Source: an uncultured Clostridia bacterium
Lineage (GTDB): Bacteria > Bacillota > Clostridia > TANB77 > CAG-508
NCBI GenBank assembly: GCA_934130355.1
Contig: CAKOXV010000006.1
Span: 8,541 to 72,540, forward strand
Direction: 5' to 3'
Length of the DNA stretch: 64,000 nt
Numbering within the stretch: the stretch's first letter is position 1; every line of letters starts with the position of its first letter. Below the pieces are notes generated by a model, which saw only the letters and a program-made list of their open reading frames with translations, was not told where the DNA came from and ran no database searches. This document shows, one piece after another, positions 8,902-19,753 of this stretch. The translations under genes were made by a program, and so were the position numbers.

Positions 8902-11900
8902 TTAGTAACAATTTTCTTTTCCAACGATATCTTCAAATACTTTTAAAATCTCATCAGTCAAATAAATTGCACCACAAGATTTTAATTCTTCATTGTTTTT
9001 TATTGCAACACTAATATTATTTTGTTCTCCATTAAAGAACTTGATTGCCCCTCTAAGTTTTGCTTTTTGTTCCTCTGTCAAATTTGTAATATTTAAAACT
9101 AGCATTTGAGGCTTTGTCTCACCAAAGTTCTTGATTTCTCTAGCAACAATTTTAGTTGCCTCATCTTCTTTAACACTAAGTCTTCCATCTATTAAAACAA
9201 TATTTTCTTCTACTAATATATCTTGTGCCTTCAAATAAGTTGGTTCAAACACTATAATTTCAATTGTTCCATATAAGTCTTCTATCGTTACAAAAGCCAT
9301 AATTTTATTATTTTTAGTATATTTCTTTTTTACTGATTGTATTATTCCAGCAATTCTTACTTCTTTACCATCAATTCCATTCTCTTTTTGTTCTTGCTCA
9401 TCAATTTCATGTATTTTAAGTGAAGACATATTTGTTGATGCAATTATTTGTTCTCTTATTTTTTCTAGCGGATGTCCTGAAATATAAATTCCGAGCATTT
9501 CTTTTTCTATAGAAAGTAGTTCTTTTTCATTCATTTCAGGCTTTTCATCAAAGTTATATTTTATATCATTTAAATTATCTTCTTCATTGTCTCCACCTAA
9601 ATCAAACATTGAAACTTGTCCATTCATTCCTTTTTTTGCATAAGATTGAATAGTGTCTATTATTGTTTCAAAAGATGCTAATAATGTTGCTCTAGTTTCT
9701 GGAAAATCAGAAAATGTTCCTGCTTTTATTAAACTTTCTACACATTTTTTATTTAATGCTTCTCCTGCCATTCTTTCACAAAAATCTGTAAAGCTTAAAA
9801 AATCTCCTGATTCTTCCCTATTTTTTATTATACTTTCAACTGGTTGCAAGCCTACATTTTTTATACTTCCAAGTCCAAAACGGATTTTTCCATCTTCTAC
9901 TGTAAATTTTGAATAACTTTTATTAATATCTGGTTTTAAAATTTCTATGCCAAGTCTTTTACATTCATCTATATATTCTGGAACCTTGTCCAAATTTCCT
10001 AAAAAGCTATTTAACATTGATGCCATGAATTCTGCTGGATAATATGCTTTTAAATACGCTGTTCTATATGCCACAACTGCATAACATGCAGCATGTGATT
10101 TATTAAAAGCATATTTAGCAAATTCGGACATTTCATCAAATATCTTATTTGCAGATTCTGCATCTATTCCATTTCTTACACATCCTGGAACAATTATGTT
10201 TCCGTTTTCATCAACTTGCCCATTTATAAATACTTCTCTTTCTTTTGCCATTACATCAAGTTTTTTCTTTCCCATTGCTCTACGAACTAAATCTGCACGT
10301 CCTAAAGAATAACCAGCCAAATCTCTTACTATTTGCATTACTTGTTCTTGATATACCATGCATCCATAAGTTACATTCAAAATTGGCTCTAGGCTTGGAT
10401 GTGTATATTCATTATGTCCTGGATTTTGTTTTCCTTTGATATATCTTGGTATTTGGTCCATTGGTCCTGGTCTATATAATGAAACACCAGCTATTAAATC
10501 TTCTAAACAGTCTGGCTTTAGTTCTTTCATGAAGTTTGTCATTCCTTGTGATTCAAATTGAAATATTCCAGATGTATTGCCTTCTTGCCATAGTTTATAG
10601 GCTTTAGGGTCTGACATATCTTCATCAAATTTTACATCTATTCCTTTATCTTTTTTGACTAGATTAATTGTATCTTTTATAACAGTTAAAGTTCTGAGTC
10701 CTAGAAAGTCCATCTTTAAAAGTCCAAGTTCTTCTAGTGTTGTCATTATGTATTGTGTTGAAATTTGACCATCTCTAACATATAATGGCACATAAGTATC
10801 AACAGGATCTTTTGTTATTACAACACCACAAGCATGTGTTGAAGCTTGTCTTGGCATTCCTTCTAATGCCATTGCTATATCTAATAACTTATGTACCTGT
10901 TCATCAGTTTCATATAAATCTTTTAGCTCTTTGTTTTGTTCTAATGCCTTTGGAATTGTTATATGTATTTCATTTGGAATCATTTTTGCAAGTCTATCTG
11001 CTTCTGAATATGGATAATCCAAAACTCTTGCAACATCTCTTATTACCATTTTTGCTGCCATAGTTCCAAATGTGATTATCTGTGAAACATGGTCATGCCC
11101 ATATTTTTCTGAAACATAATCTATTACTCTTTGTCTATCAACATCTGAAAAATCGACATCAAAGTCTGGCATGCTTATTCTTTCTGGATTTAAAAATCTT
11201 TCAAATAGTAATCCATATTTCATTGGGTCTATATCTGTTATTTCGATAGCATATGCTAAAATAGAACCTGCTCCTGACCCTCTTCCTGGTCCAACAGGAA
11301 TCCCATGACTTTTGGCATAATGTATAAAATCCCAAACAATTAAATAATAGTCAACATATCCCATCTTTTTAATAATGCCTATTTCATATTCTGCTCTTTT
11401 TAAAACTTCTTCTGATGGGTTTTCACCATATCTTTTCTTTATTCCATCATCACAAAGTTTTTTCAAAAAATCATAGTGTGTTGGATATTCTGGTGGTACA
11501 TCATAATTAGGTAATATTGTATGGCCAAATTCAAATTCCACATTACATTTATCTGCAATTTTAACCGTATTTTCTATTGCATCAGGAAATGCAGAAAAAT
11601 ACTCACTCATCTCTTCTGGTGACTTAACATATAATTCATCAGTATCAAATCTCATTCTGTCTTCATCACTCATACGTTTTCCTGTTTGAATACAAAGTAA
11701 TATTTCATGATTATAAGCATCTTCTCTTTTCAAATAATGTGCGTCATTTGTTGCAACTAGCGGAATATCTAATTTTCTTGCAAGTTGCACCAATTTCTGG
11801 TTTGCAAGTACTTGTTCTTTTATTCCATTGTTTTGAATTTCTATATAATAATCTTCTCCAAAAACCTTTTTATGCCATAATGCAATTTCTTCAGCTTTTT

Positions 11901-12357
11901 CAGTTTGTCCATTTAGTAGGGCTTGATTTACAGCTCCAGCTAGACATGCACTTAAACAAATAAGCCCTTCATGATATTTTTCTAATACTTCTAAATCTAT
12001 ACGTGGTTTATAATAATATCCTTCTGTAAAGCCTATTGAAACTAATTTACTTAAATTTTTATATCCTTGCTGATTTTTAGCTAATAAAATTAAATGATTA
12101 TATTTATTGTCTATATTAGGTTCTTTGTTATATCTTGAGCGTGGCGCAACATAAACCTCACATCCAATTATAGGCTTTATTCCTTCTTTTTTGCATGCTT
12201 TATAAAAGTCAATAGCACCATACATTACTCCATGGTCTGTTATAGCCATTGCTTTCATACCAAGTTCTTTTGCCCTTACTGGCAAATCTTTTATTCTATT
12301 TGCACCGTCTAGTAAGCTAAATTCGCTGTGTATATGTAAATGCACAAAATCTGCCAT
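8902..12357 (-). CDS. dnaE: DNA polymerase III alpha subunit
   Basis: 1151 aa. N-terminal PHP domain (FVHLHIHSEFSLLDGA), then polymerase core and OB-fold regions. Confidence 0.95.
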   Translation of the reverse strand: MADFVHLHIHSEFSLLDGANRIKDLPVRAKELGMKAMAITDHGVMYGAIDFYKACKKEGIKPIIGCEVYVAPRSRYNKEPNIDNKYNHLILLAKNQQGYKNLSKLVSIGFTEGYYYKPRIDLEVLEKYHEGLICLSACLAGAVNQALLNGQTEKAEEIALWHKKVFGEDYYIEIQNNGIKEQVLANQKLVQLARKLDIPLVATNDAHYLKREDAYNHEILLCIQTGKRMSDEDRMRFDTDELYVKSPEEMSEYFSAFPDAIENTVKIADKCNVEFEFGHTILPNYDVPPEYPTHYDFLKKLCDDGIKKRYGENPSEEVLKRAEYEIGIIKKMGYVDYYLIVWDFIHYAKSHGIPVGPGRGSGAGSILAYAIEITDIDPMKYGLLFERFLNPERISMPDFDVDFSDVDRQRVIDYVSEKYGHDHVSQIITFGTMAAKMVIRDVARVLDYPYSEADRLAKMIPNEIHITIPKALEQNKELKDLYETDEQVHKLLDIAMALEGMPRQASTHACGVVITKDPVDTYVPLYVRDGQISTQYIMTTLEELGLLKMDFLGLRTLTVIKDTINLVKKDKGIDVKFDEDMSDPKAYKLWQEGNTSGIFQFESQGMTNFMKELKPDCLEDLIAGVSLYRPGPMDQIPRYIKGKQNPGHNEYTHPSLEPILNVTYGCMVYQEQVMQIVRDLAGYSLGRADLVRRAMGKKKLDVMAKEREVFINGQVDENGNIIVPGCVRNGIDAESANKIFDEMSEFAKYAFNKSHAACYAVVAYRTAYLKAYYPAEFMASMLNSFLGNLDKVPEYIDECKRLGIEILKPDINKSYSKFTVEDGKIRFGLGSIKNVGLQPVESIIKNREESGDFLSFTDFCERMAGEALNKKCVESLIKAGTFSDFPETRATLLASFETIIDTIQSYAKKGMNGQVSMFDLGGDNEEDNLNDIKYNFDEKPEMNEKELLSIEKEMLGIYISGHPLEKIREQIIASTNMSSLKIHEIDEQEQKENGIDGKEVRIAGIIQSVKKKYTKNNKIMAFVTIEDLYGTIEIIVFEPTYLKAQDILVEENIVLIDGRLSVKEDEATKIVAREIKNFGETKPQMLVLNITNLTEEQKAKLRGAIKFFNGEQNNISVAIKNNEELKSCGAIYLTDEILKVFEDIVGKENCY

Positions 12358-12370
12358 ATTATTTCCTCCT

Positions 12371-13387
12371 TTAAGCCTTTTTATCTTTTAATGTGCTTAT
12401 TATAACAAGAATCGAACTAATAATTATAAGCAAATAAAAGTTTACTCCTCTGCTCAAAAGCATTGCACTACTTATAATTGTTTCTGGGAATGCATTTTTA
12501 AATATACCTAAAAATCCCCCTTCACTCACTCCTACAGAGCCTGGTGATGGTATTCCTGATACAGTTGCATATAATACTGCTTGCAATGATAATACTTGCA
12601 TTATATTGTAAGTACTTAGGCTAAATGCTTTATATACCCAATATGGAACACTATAATATGCTAACATTTGAATTAGAGTAGTTAAAATAGTTTTTAGCAT
12701 TAATTTTTTATGTTCTTTTATGTATAAAGCACTTTCTTGATATGAAGCTAATTCTTTTTCTATTTTTTCTTGCTTTTCATCTACATTTTTTATCTTTAAG
12801 AATTTTAATATTTTTACTGTTATATTTATTAGTCCTGTTGATAATTTTTTAGAAAATATTCCTATTATTAATAATGTTAATGCACTCGAATTTAGTACTA
12901 TTCCTATTATAAATAAATATATTAATCCTGATTTTAACACATCAAAATGAAAAAATGCACTTATTATTCCCATTGTAATTGTTATAATTTGAAAACTCCA
13001 AAGATGCATTAAAAGAGCTACTGTAGAATGTGCAACAGATACATTATCTTTGTGCATATAATATATCTCCATTGGTTGACCACCACTTGCAGCTGGTGTT
13101 ATTGAACTAAAAAAGAATCCTATTAAAGTATATTTTACATTGCTAATAAATTTAGTTTTTTCTCCTAATTCTTTTAGTATTCTTCCTATATTTATTGATT
13201 CAGCTATTATATATACTGACATTGCAAGTATTGCAACAAGTATATATTGACCTTTTACTTTTGTAGCTATATCTAATACTTGTGTTATATCTTGATCTTT
13301 AAATATTAATACGAATGTTAGCATTATAAGTAATATAAATATTATTAGATTTACAATTGTTTTTTTTATTTTTTTCATTCTTTCCAT
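12371..13387 (-). CDS. flippase-like / lysylphosphatidylglycerol-synthase TM-region family membrane protein (UPF0104)
   Basis: 338-aa polytopic membrane protein. The FFSSITPAASGGQPMEIYYM motif is characteristic of this family. Confidence 0.6.
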   Translation of the reverse strand: MERMKKIKKTIVNLIIFILLIMLTFVLIFKDQDITQVLDIATKVKGQYILVAILAMSVYIIAESINIGRILKELGEKTKFISNVKYTLIGFFFSSITPAASGGQPMEIYYMHKDNVSVAHSTVALLMHLWSFQIITITMGIISAFFHFDVLKSGLIYLFIIGIVLNSSALTLLIIGIFSKKLSTGLINITVKILKFLKIKNVDEKQEKIEKELASYQESALYIKEHKKLMLKTILTTLIQMLAYYSVPYWVYKAFSLSTYNIMQVLSLQAVLYATVSGIPSPGSVGVSEGGFLGIFKNAFPETIISSAMLLSRGVNFYLLIIISSILVIISTLKDKKA

Positions 13388-13435
13388 TATATTAAATATA
13401 CTCTCCTATATAATTTTTATCTAATAAAACAAAAA

Positions 13436-13635
13436 AAACAATCCCCGCCTTAGCCGTAAGTTGTCTGAATTTTTAAGGACCTGTCTTCGACAGGTGGGTG
13501 CCTACTCAGATACTCATGGGCTTCTTACTACTCGAGAGTGTAAGCTTGCACGCCATATCCAAAGATTTTGGCCCCTCTTTTAACTTGTAGGTTCTAAAAA
13601 TTCTATGCTACACGCACTATGCAGGGTATTGTTAT
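13436..13635 (-). ncRNA. ssrS: 6S RNA
   Basis: G+C-enriched non-coding island. The minus strand contains TTTTAGAACCTACAAGTTAAAAGAGG and GCACCCACCTGTCGAAGACAGG, which match my recollection of the B. subtilis 6S-1 segments UUUAGAACCUACUCAGUAAGAGG and ACACCCACCUGCACGGACGGCAGG. The terminal segments can pair (GAATTTTTA/TAAAAATTC, CCCTGC/GCGGGG). It ends in a T-run. Confidence 0.7.
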
Positions 13636-13773
13636 TTCAAATTTGTTATATTTATATTAGCATATTTTTAACAAAATGGCAAATATCAAATTTCCCAATT
13701 TTGTTAAAAATCATGCTCTAAATATATTATATCTCTTTTTTTTTAATTTATACTCTCTATCTTACTTTTTATT

Positions 13774-14379
13774 TTATATTTGTGCTAGTAGCTCTTTAAA
13801 TGCCTTGTCTCTATGATTATGTGCTTTTTCATATTCTTCCGCGCTTAGTTCTGACATCGGAACACTGTATCCGTTAGGAATAAATACTGGTGAATATGTT
13901 AATCCGCCTAATTTTTTTGCCTCTTTTGCTATTTTACCAATACATTCTCCTCTAGAAACTATTTTTCTTCCGTTTTTTAAAAAGCTTGTTAGTACACATA
14001 CAAATTTTGCTGTTTTTTCTTGATTTCCTGTTTTCTCAATATTACTTAATAATTTTCCTAAATTCTCTTCTTGTGTTGCATGTTCTCCTGCGTATCTTGC
14101 TGAATATACTCCAGGTTCACCATTTAAGCAGTCTACACACAAACCAGCATCATCTGTTGTAATAATATCATACTCTATATTATTCTCATCACAAAATTGT
14201 TTTACAGCTTTTGCTTTTATTTCTGAATTTTCTTCAAATGTTTGCCCATCTTCTACTATTTCTCCTGTAAATCCTATATCTTTTAAAGATATTACTTCTA
14301 TTTCTGCACCAGCTGCTTTTATTATTGCTTTTATGTCTTTTACCTTATTTACATTTGAAGATCCATATACCATTTTCAT
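13774..14379 (-). CDS. RdgB/HAM1 family non-canonical purine NTP pyrophosphatase
   Basis: 201 aa with TFEENSEIKAKA, TDDAGLCVDCLNGEPGVYSARYAG and a C-terminal HNHRDKA. Confidence 0.75.
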   Translation of the reverse strand: MKMVYGSSNVNKVKDIKAIIKAAGAEIEVISLKDIGFTGEIVEDGQTFEENSEIKAKAVKQFCDENNIEYDIITTDDAGLCVDCLNGEPGVYSARYAGEHATQEENLGKLLSNIEKTGNQEKTAKFVCVLTSFLKNGRKIVSRGECIGKIAKEAKKLGGLTYSPVFIPNGYSVPMSELSAEEYEKAHNHRDKAFKELLAQI

Positions 14380-14403
14380 TTTTATTTACGTTCCTTTCTA
14401 CTT

Positions 14404-14847
14404 CTATAATCCCATTATTTCTTTAGCTACTTCATTTATTGTTTTTCCATCAGCTGAAGCTCCCATTTTTGCTTTTGCTTCTTTCATTATTGCTCCCATG
14501 TCTTTCATTGATGTTGCTCCAATTTTATTTATTATTTTTTCTAGTTCTACTTTTATTTCTTCTCTACTTAATTGCTTTGGTAAATATTCTTGTAATATTT
14601 CTATTTCTTTATTAGTTTGATCTATTAAATCTTGTCTTTGAGCTCTTTCAAAGTCTTTTAATGCATCTCTTTTTGTTTTTACTTCTTTTGCTATTATTTC
14701 AAGTATTTTATCATCTTCAACTTGTATTCCTTTATCTTTTTCTATTTGTAGTATTGCTGCTCTTACCATTTGAACAGTATTTTTTCTTATTTCATCTTTG
14801 TTTTTCATTGCATTTTTTAATTCTTCCATTAATTTTTCTTTTAACAT
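14404..14847 (-). CDS. GatB/YqeY domain-containing protein
   Basis: 147 aa. LKNAMKNKDEIRKNTVQMVRAAI...EILQEYLPKQLS is typical of YqeY. Confidence 0.8.
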   Translation of the reverse strand: MLKEKLMEELKNAMKNKDEIRKNTVQMVRAAILQIEKDKGIQVEDDKILEIIAKEVKTKRDALKDFERAQRQDLIDQTNKEIEILQEYLPKQLSREEIKVELEKIINKIGATSMKDMGAIMKEAKAKMGASADGKTINEVAKEIMGL

Positions 14848-14902
14848 TTTCTATTCCCCCTTACTTCATGTATAATATCACAGTTAAAAATGTTTTTCAA
14901 TA

Positions 14903-15850
14903 TTAAATAGCATCTCCTGCATCTAATTTTTTTGCCTTTTTATAAATTTCCTTATCTTTTTTAGAATATATTTTTTCTTCAATTCCATTTTGAGTACATA
15001 GTTTTACTTTAACATAGCCTGTAGCAATTTGCGGATGTCTTAATAATATCGCATTCTCTTGTTGAACTAGTGTTTTAGAAACTGCTATATATGAAAACTT
15101 CTCATCTTCATATCCTAATTCACCTTTTTTAGCCTGTCTTTGGATTCCGCTTCTTGTAACTCTGACATAAAAACCGCACCAATCGTCTTTACTAATTTCA
15201 CATTTTTTATTATGAGTACATGGTGCAACTATGTTTGCTCCTTGCTCTAACAATATATTTCTTGCTTCGAGAATATGTTTAAAACCTTCTGGAGTACCAG
15301 GTTCTATTATCAATAACATTCCTGTTGTAGCATCCCACAATTTTGTTATTGCATCTTTTCTATCATCTTCAGTTAGTTCATTTATAATATATGAAGCAAT
15401 TACTAAGTCTGCCTTGTCTTGTATTTCATCTTTTGTTAAATCAAAAGATTTCCATTCAGCATTTAATATGTTATCTTTCATTAGTTGTATTCCTAATTTT
15501 CTCATCTCATTTTCACGTTCTAAACATGTTATTTTATCAACATCTATCAGATTATTTACTGCCCATGTTGCTGTTCCTGTTCCAGCGCCAACATCTAACA
15601 CAGATTTTATATTTTTATCATATCTTTTTAATGATTGTGAAAGTGCTAGATGTACTGCACAATATGTCGCTGGCATTCGTGAAATTGCATAAGCTAATGC
15701 CTCTGACGATTTTGTTACTAACTTTTTTCCTTCTCCTTGATTTTCTCTGTATTTTTTACTTATTAATTGAGCATCTTCTATTATTTTGCTTTGTTTTTGA
15801 CCTATAGTAATTTTTTCAATTTCTTCTTTTAATTCTTGTGGTATGTCCAT
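14903..15850 (-). CDS. Rsm22-like SAM-dependent methyltransferase
   Basis: 315 aa with SAM motif VLDVGAGTGTATWAV and a Cys-rich C-terminal part (APCTHNKKCEISKDDWCGF). Confidence 0.6.
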   Translation of the reverse strand: MDIPQELKEEIEKITIGQKQSKIIEDAQLISKKYRENQGEGKKLVTKSSEALAYAISRMPATYCAVHLALSQSLKRYDKNIKSVLDVGAGTGTATWAVNNLIDVDKITCLERENEMRKLGIQLMKDNILNAEWKSFDLTKDEIQDKADLVIASYIINELTEDDRKDAITKLWDATTGMLLIIEPGTPEGFKHILEARNILLEQGANIVAPCTHNKKCEISKDDWCGFYVRVTRSGIQRQAKKGELGYEDEKFSYIAVSKTLVQQENAILLRHPQIATGYVKVKLCTQNGIEEKIYSKKDKEIYKKAKKLDAGDAI

Positions 15851-15865
15851 TTTATTTCATTCCTT

Positions 15866-16594
15866 TTAAAACATTATAATTGTTCCATTAATTTTTAACC
15901 ATTTATCAATTTCTTTATAATTTGGTATATATCTTGCTACCAAATTATAGAATTCCTTATTATGATATTTATTCCTTATGTGGCATAATTCATGCACTAT
16001 TATTGCATCAACCTTGTCTTGAGGTAAAATTATTAATCTTGATGAAAAATATAAGTTTTTCTTGTTAGGCATGCAACTTCCATATCTTGTTATTGCATCT
16101 CTTACTTTCACTTCATTATACTCAATTTTCATAATTTGGCTCCAATATGGTAGTCTTTCTGCAATTAGTTTTTCTGTATTAATCTTTAATAACTTTTTTA
16201 TTAATTTATCTACATTAATTTTTATTTGGTCTTGTTCAATATTTTTAGGCAAAATTATTATTATTTGTTTTTGTTCTAGCACCAAATTTATTTTTATTTT
16301 GTTTGTGTCTTTATATTCTCTAATTATTTCAAATTCTTCTCCTTTATAATAGAATTCTTCTCCTGTTTCCCACTGTTTTATTGTAGAAACCTTTGACTCT
16401 AATATCTTTTTATATTTTTTATAAAGTCCATCTTCCTCTTCCTTTAAAAATTTCATTAATGATTTAGTTGATAACATTTTAGGTTTTGTTATTTCTAAAG
16501 TATTTCCTTTAAAATATATCTTTATTGATTTAGAATTTTTATAACTTTTTATCTGTATTGGTATTTGCAGTTCATTTATTTGTAAATAATTCAT
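15866..16594 (-). CDS. YgjP/DUF45-type zinc metallopeptidase
   Basis: 242 aa with a C-terminal HELCHIRNKYHNKEFY (HExxH-type) motif. Confidence 0.65.
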   Translation of the reverse strand: MNYLQINELQIPIQIKSYKNSKSIKIYFKGNTLEITKPKMLSTKSLMKFLKEEEDGLYKKYKKILESKVSTIKQWETGEEFYYKGEEFEIIREYKDTNKIKINLVLEQKQIIIILPKNIEQDQIKINVDKLIKKLLKINTEKLIAERLPYWSQIMKIEYNEVKVRDAITRYGSCMPNKKNLYFSSRLIILPQDKVDAIIVHELCHIRNKYHNKEFYNLVARYIPNYKEIDKWLKINGTIIMF

Positions 16595-16596
16595 TT

Positions 16597-17319
16597 TTAT
16601 ATTTCTATTATTCCTCCATAATCAATTACATCTATTCCTTCAAATTGGACTATATTTACATTTTTGTTTTCTATAAAATTTTTGATTTGATTATTTTTAT
16701 CTATTTTACTTAATTCACCAAAAACAATTACATTTTTTCCTATTCTTGAAATTGCCCCACCTATAAAACCTTTTCTATTACTATAACCTTTCACATTTAA
16801 TAATTTTATATCTGGTTCATAATTTAAATATAAAACATCTATATTGTGTTTTTTTAATATTTTGTATAACCCTTTGTCTGTAACAATTGCACTATTGTCA
16901 TTAATAACTGCAATTGAACAATTCGTATATCCTTGTGTTGTATTTATCATTTCATATTTTTGATTATTTAACTCTTCTTTTATTCTCGAATCTGTGTAAT
17001 CGAAATTGTGAAGAGCCTTTTTCCCTATTATACATACATTATATTTAATATCATAAGGATATTGGCTTTCTATTTCTTCATTTCCTTGTTGTATTATTAC
17101 ATTTTGAGCTTGAAATTTTATATTTCTATATTGACTTGGCTCTATGATTATTTTTTCTCCAATTTTACAAGCAAATATGTCTACATGTGATGATATTTCT
17201 GAATATACTTTTTTATTTTGTTTTATCTCTAATAATTTATAACCAAGTGATTTCAGTTTTTCTTTTTCAAGTTGTCTCATTCTTTCATCTATTATTAATT
17301 TTTTATCTTCCATTTTCAT
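16597..17319 (-). CDS. hypothetical protein (possibly guanidino-modifying-enzyme-fold, DUF6873-like)
   Basis: 240-aa ORF tightly packed in the operon (2-4 nt gaps on both sides). HVDIFAC and QGYTNCS motifs. The family assignment is from memory only. Confidence 0.5.
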   Translation of the reverse strand: MKMEDKKLIIDERMRQLEKEKLKSLGYKLLEIKQNKKVYSEISSHVDIFACKIGEKIIIEPSQYRNIKFQAQNVIIQQGNEEIESQYPYDIKYNVCIIGKKALHNFDYTDSRIKEELNNQKYEMINTTQGYTNCSIAVINDNSAIVTDKGLYKILKKHNIDVLYLNYEPDIKLLNVKGYSNRKGFIGGAISRIGKNVIVFGELSKIDKNNQIKNFIENKNVNIVQFEGIDVIDYGGIIEI

Positions 17320-17323
17320 TTCT

Positions 17324-18883
17324 TTAGCCTTCTAATATTTTAATTGCACATTTAATTCCATCAATTGCAGCAGTCATAATTCCACCTGCATATCCTGCAC
17401 CTTCTCCACAAGGATATAAACCCTGTACATTTACAGAATTTAAATTTTCTTTATTTCTTGTAATTTGAACAGGTGAAGAACTTCTTGTTTCAACTCCAGT
17501 TAATATTGCATCTTTATCTGCAAATCCATGTAACTTTTTGTCTAACTCTACAATACCTTCTTTTAAGGTCTCTGAAACAAACTCTGGCAAAATCTCATTT
17601 AAGTTAGCTCCTGTTATTCCTGGTTCATAAGTTGGATAAATTTTGCCAAATTCTGTTGTCACCTTTCCTTCCAGAAAATCTCCTACTTTTTGAACAGGTG
17701 CATTATAATTACTACCACCTAATATAAAAGCTTTTTTCTCCAAATCCTCTTGAAAATACATTCCATCTAATGGACTATTTTTATAAAAATCATCTATTGT
17801 AACATTTACTAATAAAGCACTATTTGCATTTCTACCGTTTCTCGCAAAATTACTCATTCCATTTGTTACTATTGAATTTTGTTCCGAACTTGAAGCCATA
17901 ACTTGTCCACCTGGACACATACAAAACGTATAACATGTTCTTCCATTTTTAGCATGATAAACCAATTTATAATCTGCTGATGGTAATTTTAGTTTTGGAT
18001 GTTCTCCAAATTGTGCTTTGTTTATATTTTCTTGTAAATGTTCTATTCTTACACCTATTGCAAAATTTTTAGGTTGTACTTCTACTCCTAATTCATATAT
18101 CTTTTTAAATGTATCTCTTGCACTATGCCCAATTGCAAGTATAACAGCATCTGTTTCAATTCTTTTTGAACATTTTACTGCTTTAATTTTTTTATCTTCA
18201 ATTTCAAAATCTGTTACTTGCTCATTAAAAAATACTTGTCCACCTTTAGAAATTATATATTCTCTTATGTTTTTAACAATTTTTCTTAAATTATCTGTTC
18301 CAATATGTGGTTTTGCATTATATAATATTTCTTCCGGTGCACCAAATCTCACAAATTCCTCTAAAACTTTTCTTGAAAATACATTCGAAGAATTACCAGT
18401 ATTTAGTTTTCCATCAGAAAATGTTCCTGCTCCACCTTCTCCAAATTGTATATTTGATGATATATTAAATTTCTTGTTTTTTATAAACTCTTCAACATCT
18501 TGGATTCTTTCATCTATTTTTTTGCCTCGCTCTAATATAATTGGTTTTATTCCATTATCAACTAATATTAGCCCTGCAAATAATCCTGCTGGCCCTGCAC
18601 CTATTATTACAGGTGAAAATTTACTTTTTCGTCCAATATTTATTTTAGGAAAATTATATTCTTCTATTTGCTCATATTTCTTTTCTTTGTTTTTGTCTTT
18701 TAGCTCTAAATCTAATGTATAATTATAGTAAATATCTTCTTTTTTTCTTGCATCAATTGACTTTTTATATATATACCAATTTTTTACTTCTTCTGGTTTT
18801 ATTTTGTTTTTAGATATTGCCTTTTGGAACACTTCTTTTTCTTCTAAATTTTCTCTTATTTTTATATCTTTTAATCTTATCAT
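17324..18883 (-). CDS. NAD(P)/FAD-dependent oxidoreductase (COG2509-like)
   Basis: 519 aa. Dinucleotide-binding motif VIIGAGPAGLFAGL and a C-terminal GLYPCGEGAGYAGGI. Confidence 0.75.
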   Translation of the reverse strand: MIRLKDIKIRENLEEKEVFQKAISKNKIKPEEVKNWYIYKKSIDARKKEDIYYNYTLDLELKDKNKEKKYEQIEEYNFPKINIGRKSKFSPVIIGAGPAGLFAGLILVDNGIKPIILERGKKIDERIQDVEEFIKNKKFNISSNIQFGEGGAGTFSDGKLNTGNSSNVFSRKVLEEFVRFGAPEEILYNAKPHIGTDNLRKIVKNIREYIISKGGQVFFNEQVTDFEIEDKKIKAVKCSKRIETDAVILAIGHSARDTFKKIYELGVEVQPKNFAIGVRIEHLQENINKAQFGEHPKLKLPSADYKLVYHAKNGRTCYTFCMCPGGQVMASSSEQNSIVTNGMSNFARNGRNANSALLVNVTIDDFYKNSPLDGMYFQEDLEKKAFILGGSNYNAPVQKVGDFLEGKVTTEFGKIYPTYEPGITGANLNEILPEFVSETLKEGIVELDKKLHGFADKDAILTGVETRSSSPVQITRNKENLNSVNVQGLYPCGEGAGYAGGIMTAAIDGIKCAIKILEG

Positions 18884-18967
18884 ATATTTTCTCTTTTCTT
18901 ACTTGTTCTCTTTTAATTAGAATTACTTTGTATATAAGAAATTAGATATTAACTATATAGCTAATAT

Positions 18968-19753
18968 CTAATTTTGTTCTTTTAATCTATACTCAATATA
19001 TTCAATATTACTATTTTTACTTCTTTCAACCATACAATTATAAACTCGATTTCTCAAATCTTGTTTTTGTTCTTGCATAGTCAACTCTTTATTAGCATAA
19101 AATGGTCCATCAATATAAGTAACTATTTTTATTTTATCATTATTTTTTCCATAACTTTGATATGTGTTTGTCATACAAAATGTTGGAACATTATATTGTA
19201 CTGGATATTTAAATGATACTGCTTTAAATGGTCTTATTTTAGTGTAATATGGCCATATATGGGCTTCTGGATATATTGTAATTGAATGTTTTTTATTTAT
19301 ATGTGTTTCTATTGCATTTACAAAGTTTTTCATTCCATTTTTATTGTTTGGAATTGGTATAGCACCAAGTAATTGAATACTGTTTCCTAAAAATTTCATA
19401 GACACATTTTCTGGGTTTACTATAAAATGGTTCCTTTTAGGGTATATTGGAAGGCTTGGTATAAATACATCAGCAAAAACTTGTGTATGATTTGCATATA
19501 CAAAATATCCATTATTTTTAAATGGTTTTAATTTTTCTTTTCCTATATATTTTATTCTGAATTTAATTTTTCCATATAAAATTTTTATAGGCATACTTAA
19601 AACATTCTGTAGTAAAAATGAAGCGAAATTCCAAAAAGGGTTTTTATGTATATATTTGTAATTTTCATCAATAGCTCTTGCTTGAATTTTCGCTCCTGAA
19701 AATTCATCATTTAATTCATCTTGATAGTAATAGCATTTTTTAGATTTCATCAT
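18968..19753 (-). CDS. lysophospholipid (PlsC-family) acyltransferase
   Basis: 261 aa. NHTQVFAD (HX4D) and YPEAHIW blocks. Confidence 0.65.
   Translation of the reverse strand: MMKSKKCYYYQDELNDEFSGAKIQARAIDENYKYIHKNPFWNFASFLLQNVLSMPIKILYGKIKFRIKYIGKEKLKPFKNNGYFVYANHTQVFADVFIPSLPIYPKRNHFIVNPENVSMKFLGNSIQLLGAIPIPNNKNGMKNFVNAIETHINKKHSITIYPEAHIWPYYTKIRPFKAVSFKYPVQYNVPTFCMTNTYQSYGKNNDKIKIVTYIDGPFYANKELTMQEQKQDLRNRVYNCMVERSKNSNIEYIEYRLKEQN

Noticed and set aside
13436-13635. Alternative identities for the G+C-rich non-coding island: tmRNA, SRP RNA or a riboswitch.
   Set aside because: It lacks a tmRNA tag ORF and tRNA-like ends, and lacks the SRP domain IV motif. It is not positioned as a 5' leader of the downstream gene, since it ends in its own T-run. 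The sequence segments fit 6S RNA best.
18018-18722. 234-aa plus-strand ORF. Similar long antisense ORFs occur at 15231-15692, 29374-29799, 30679-31155, 47015-47548, 51572-52000 and 27552-27911.
   Set aside because: All lie antisense to genes with clear family motifs. Their translations are low-complexity (Ser/Phe/Leu/Ile-rich), typical of the open antisense frames of A/T-rich coding DNA. None has an RBS context.
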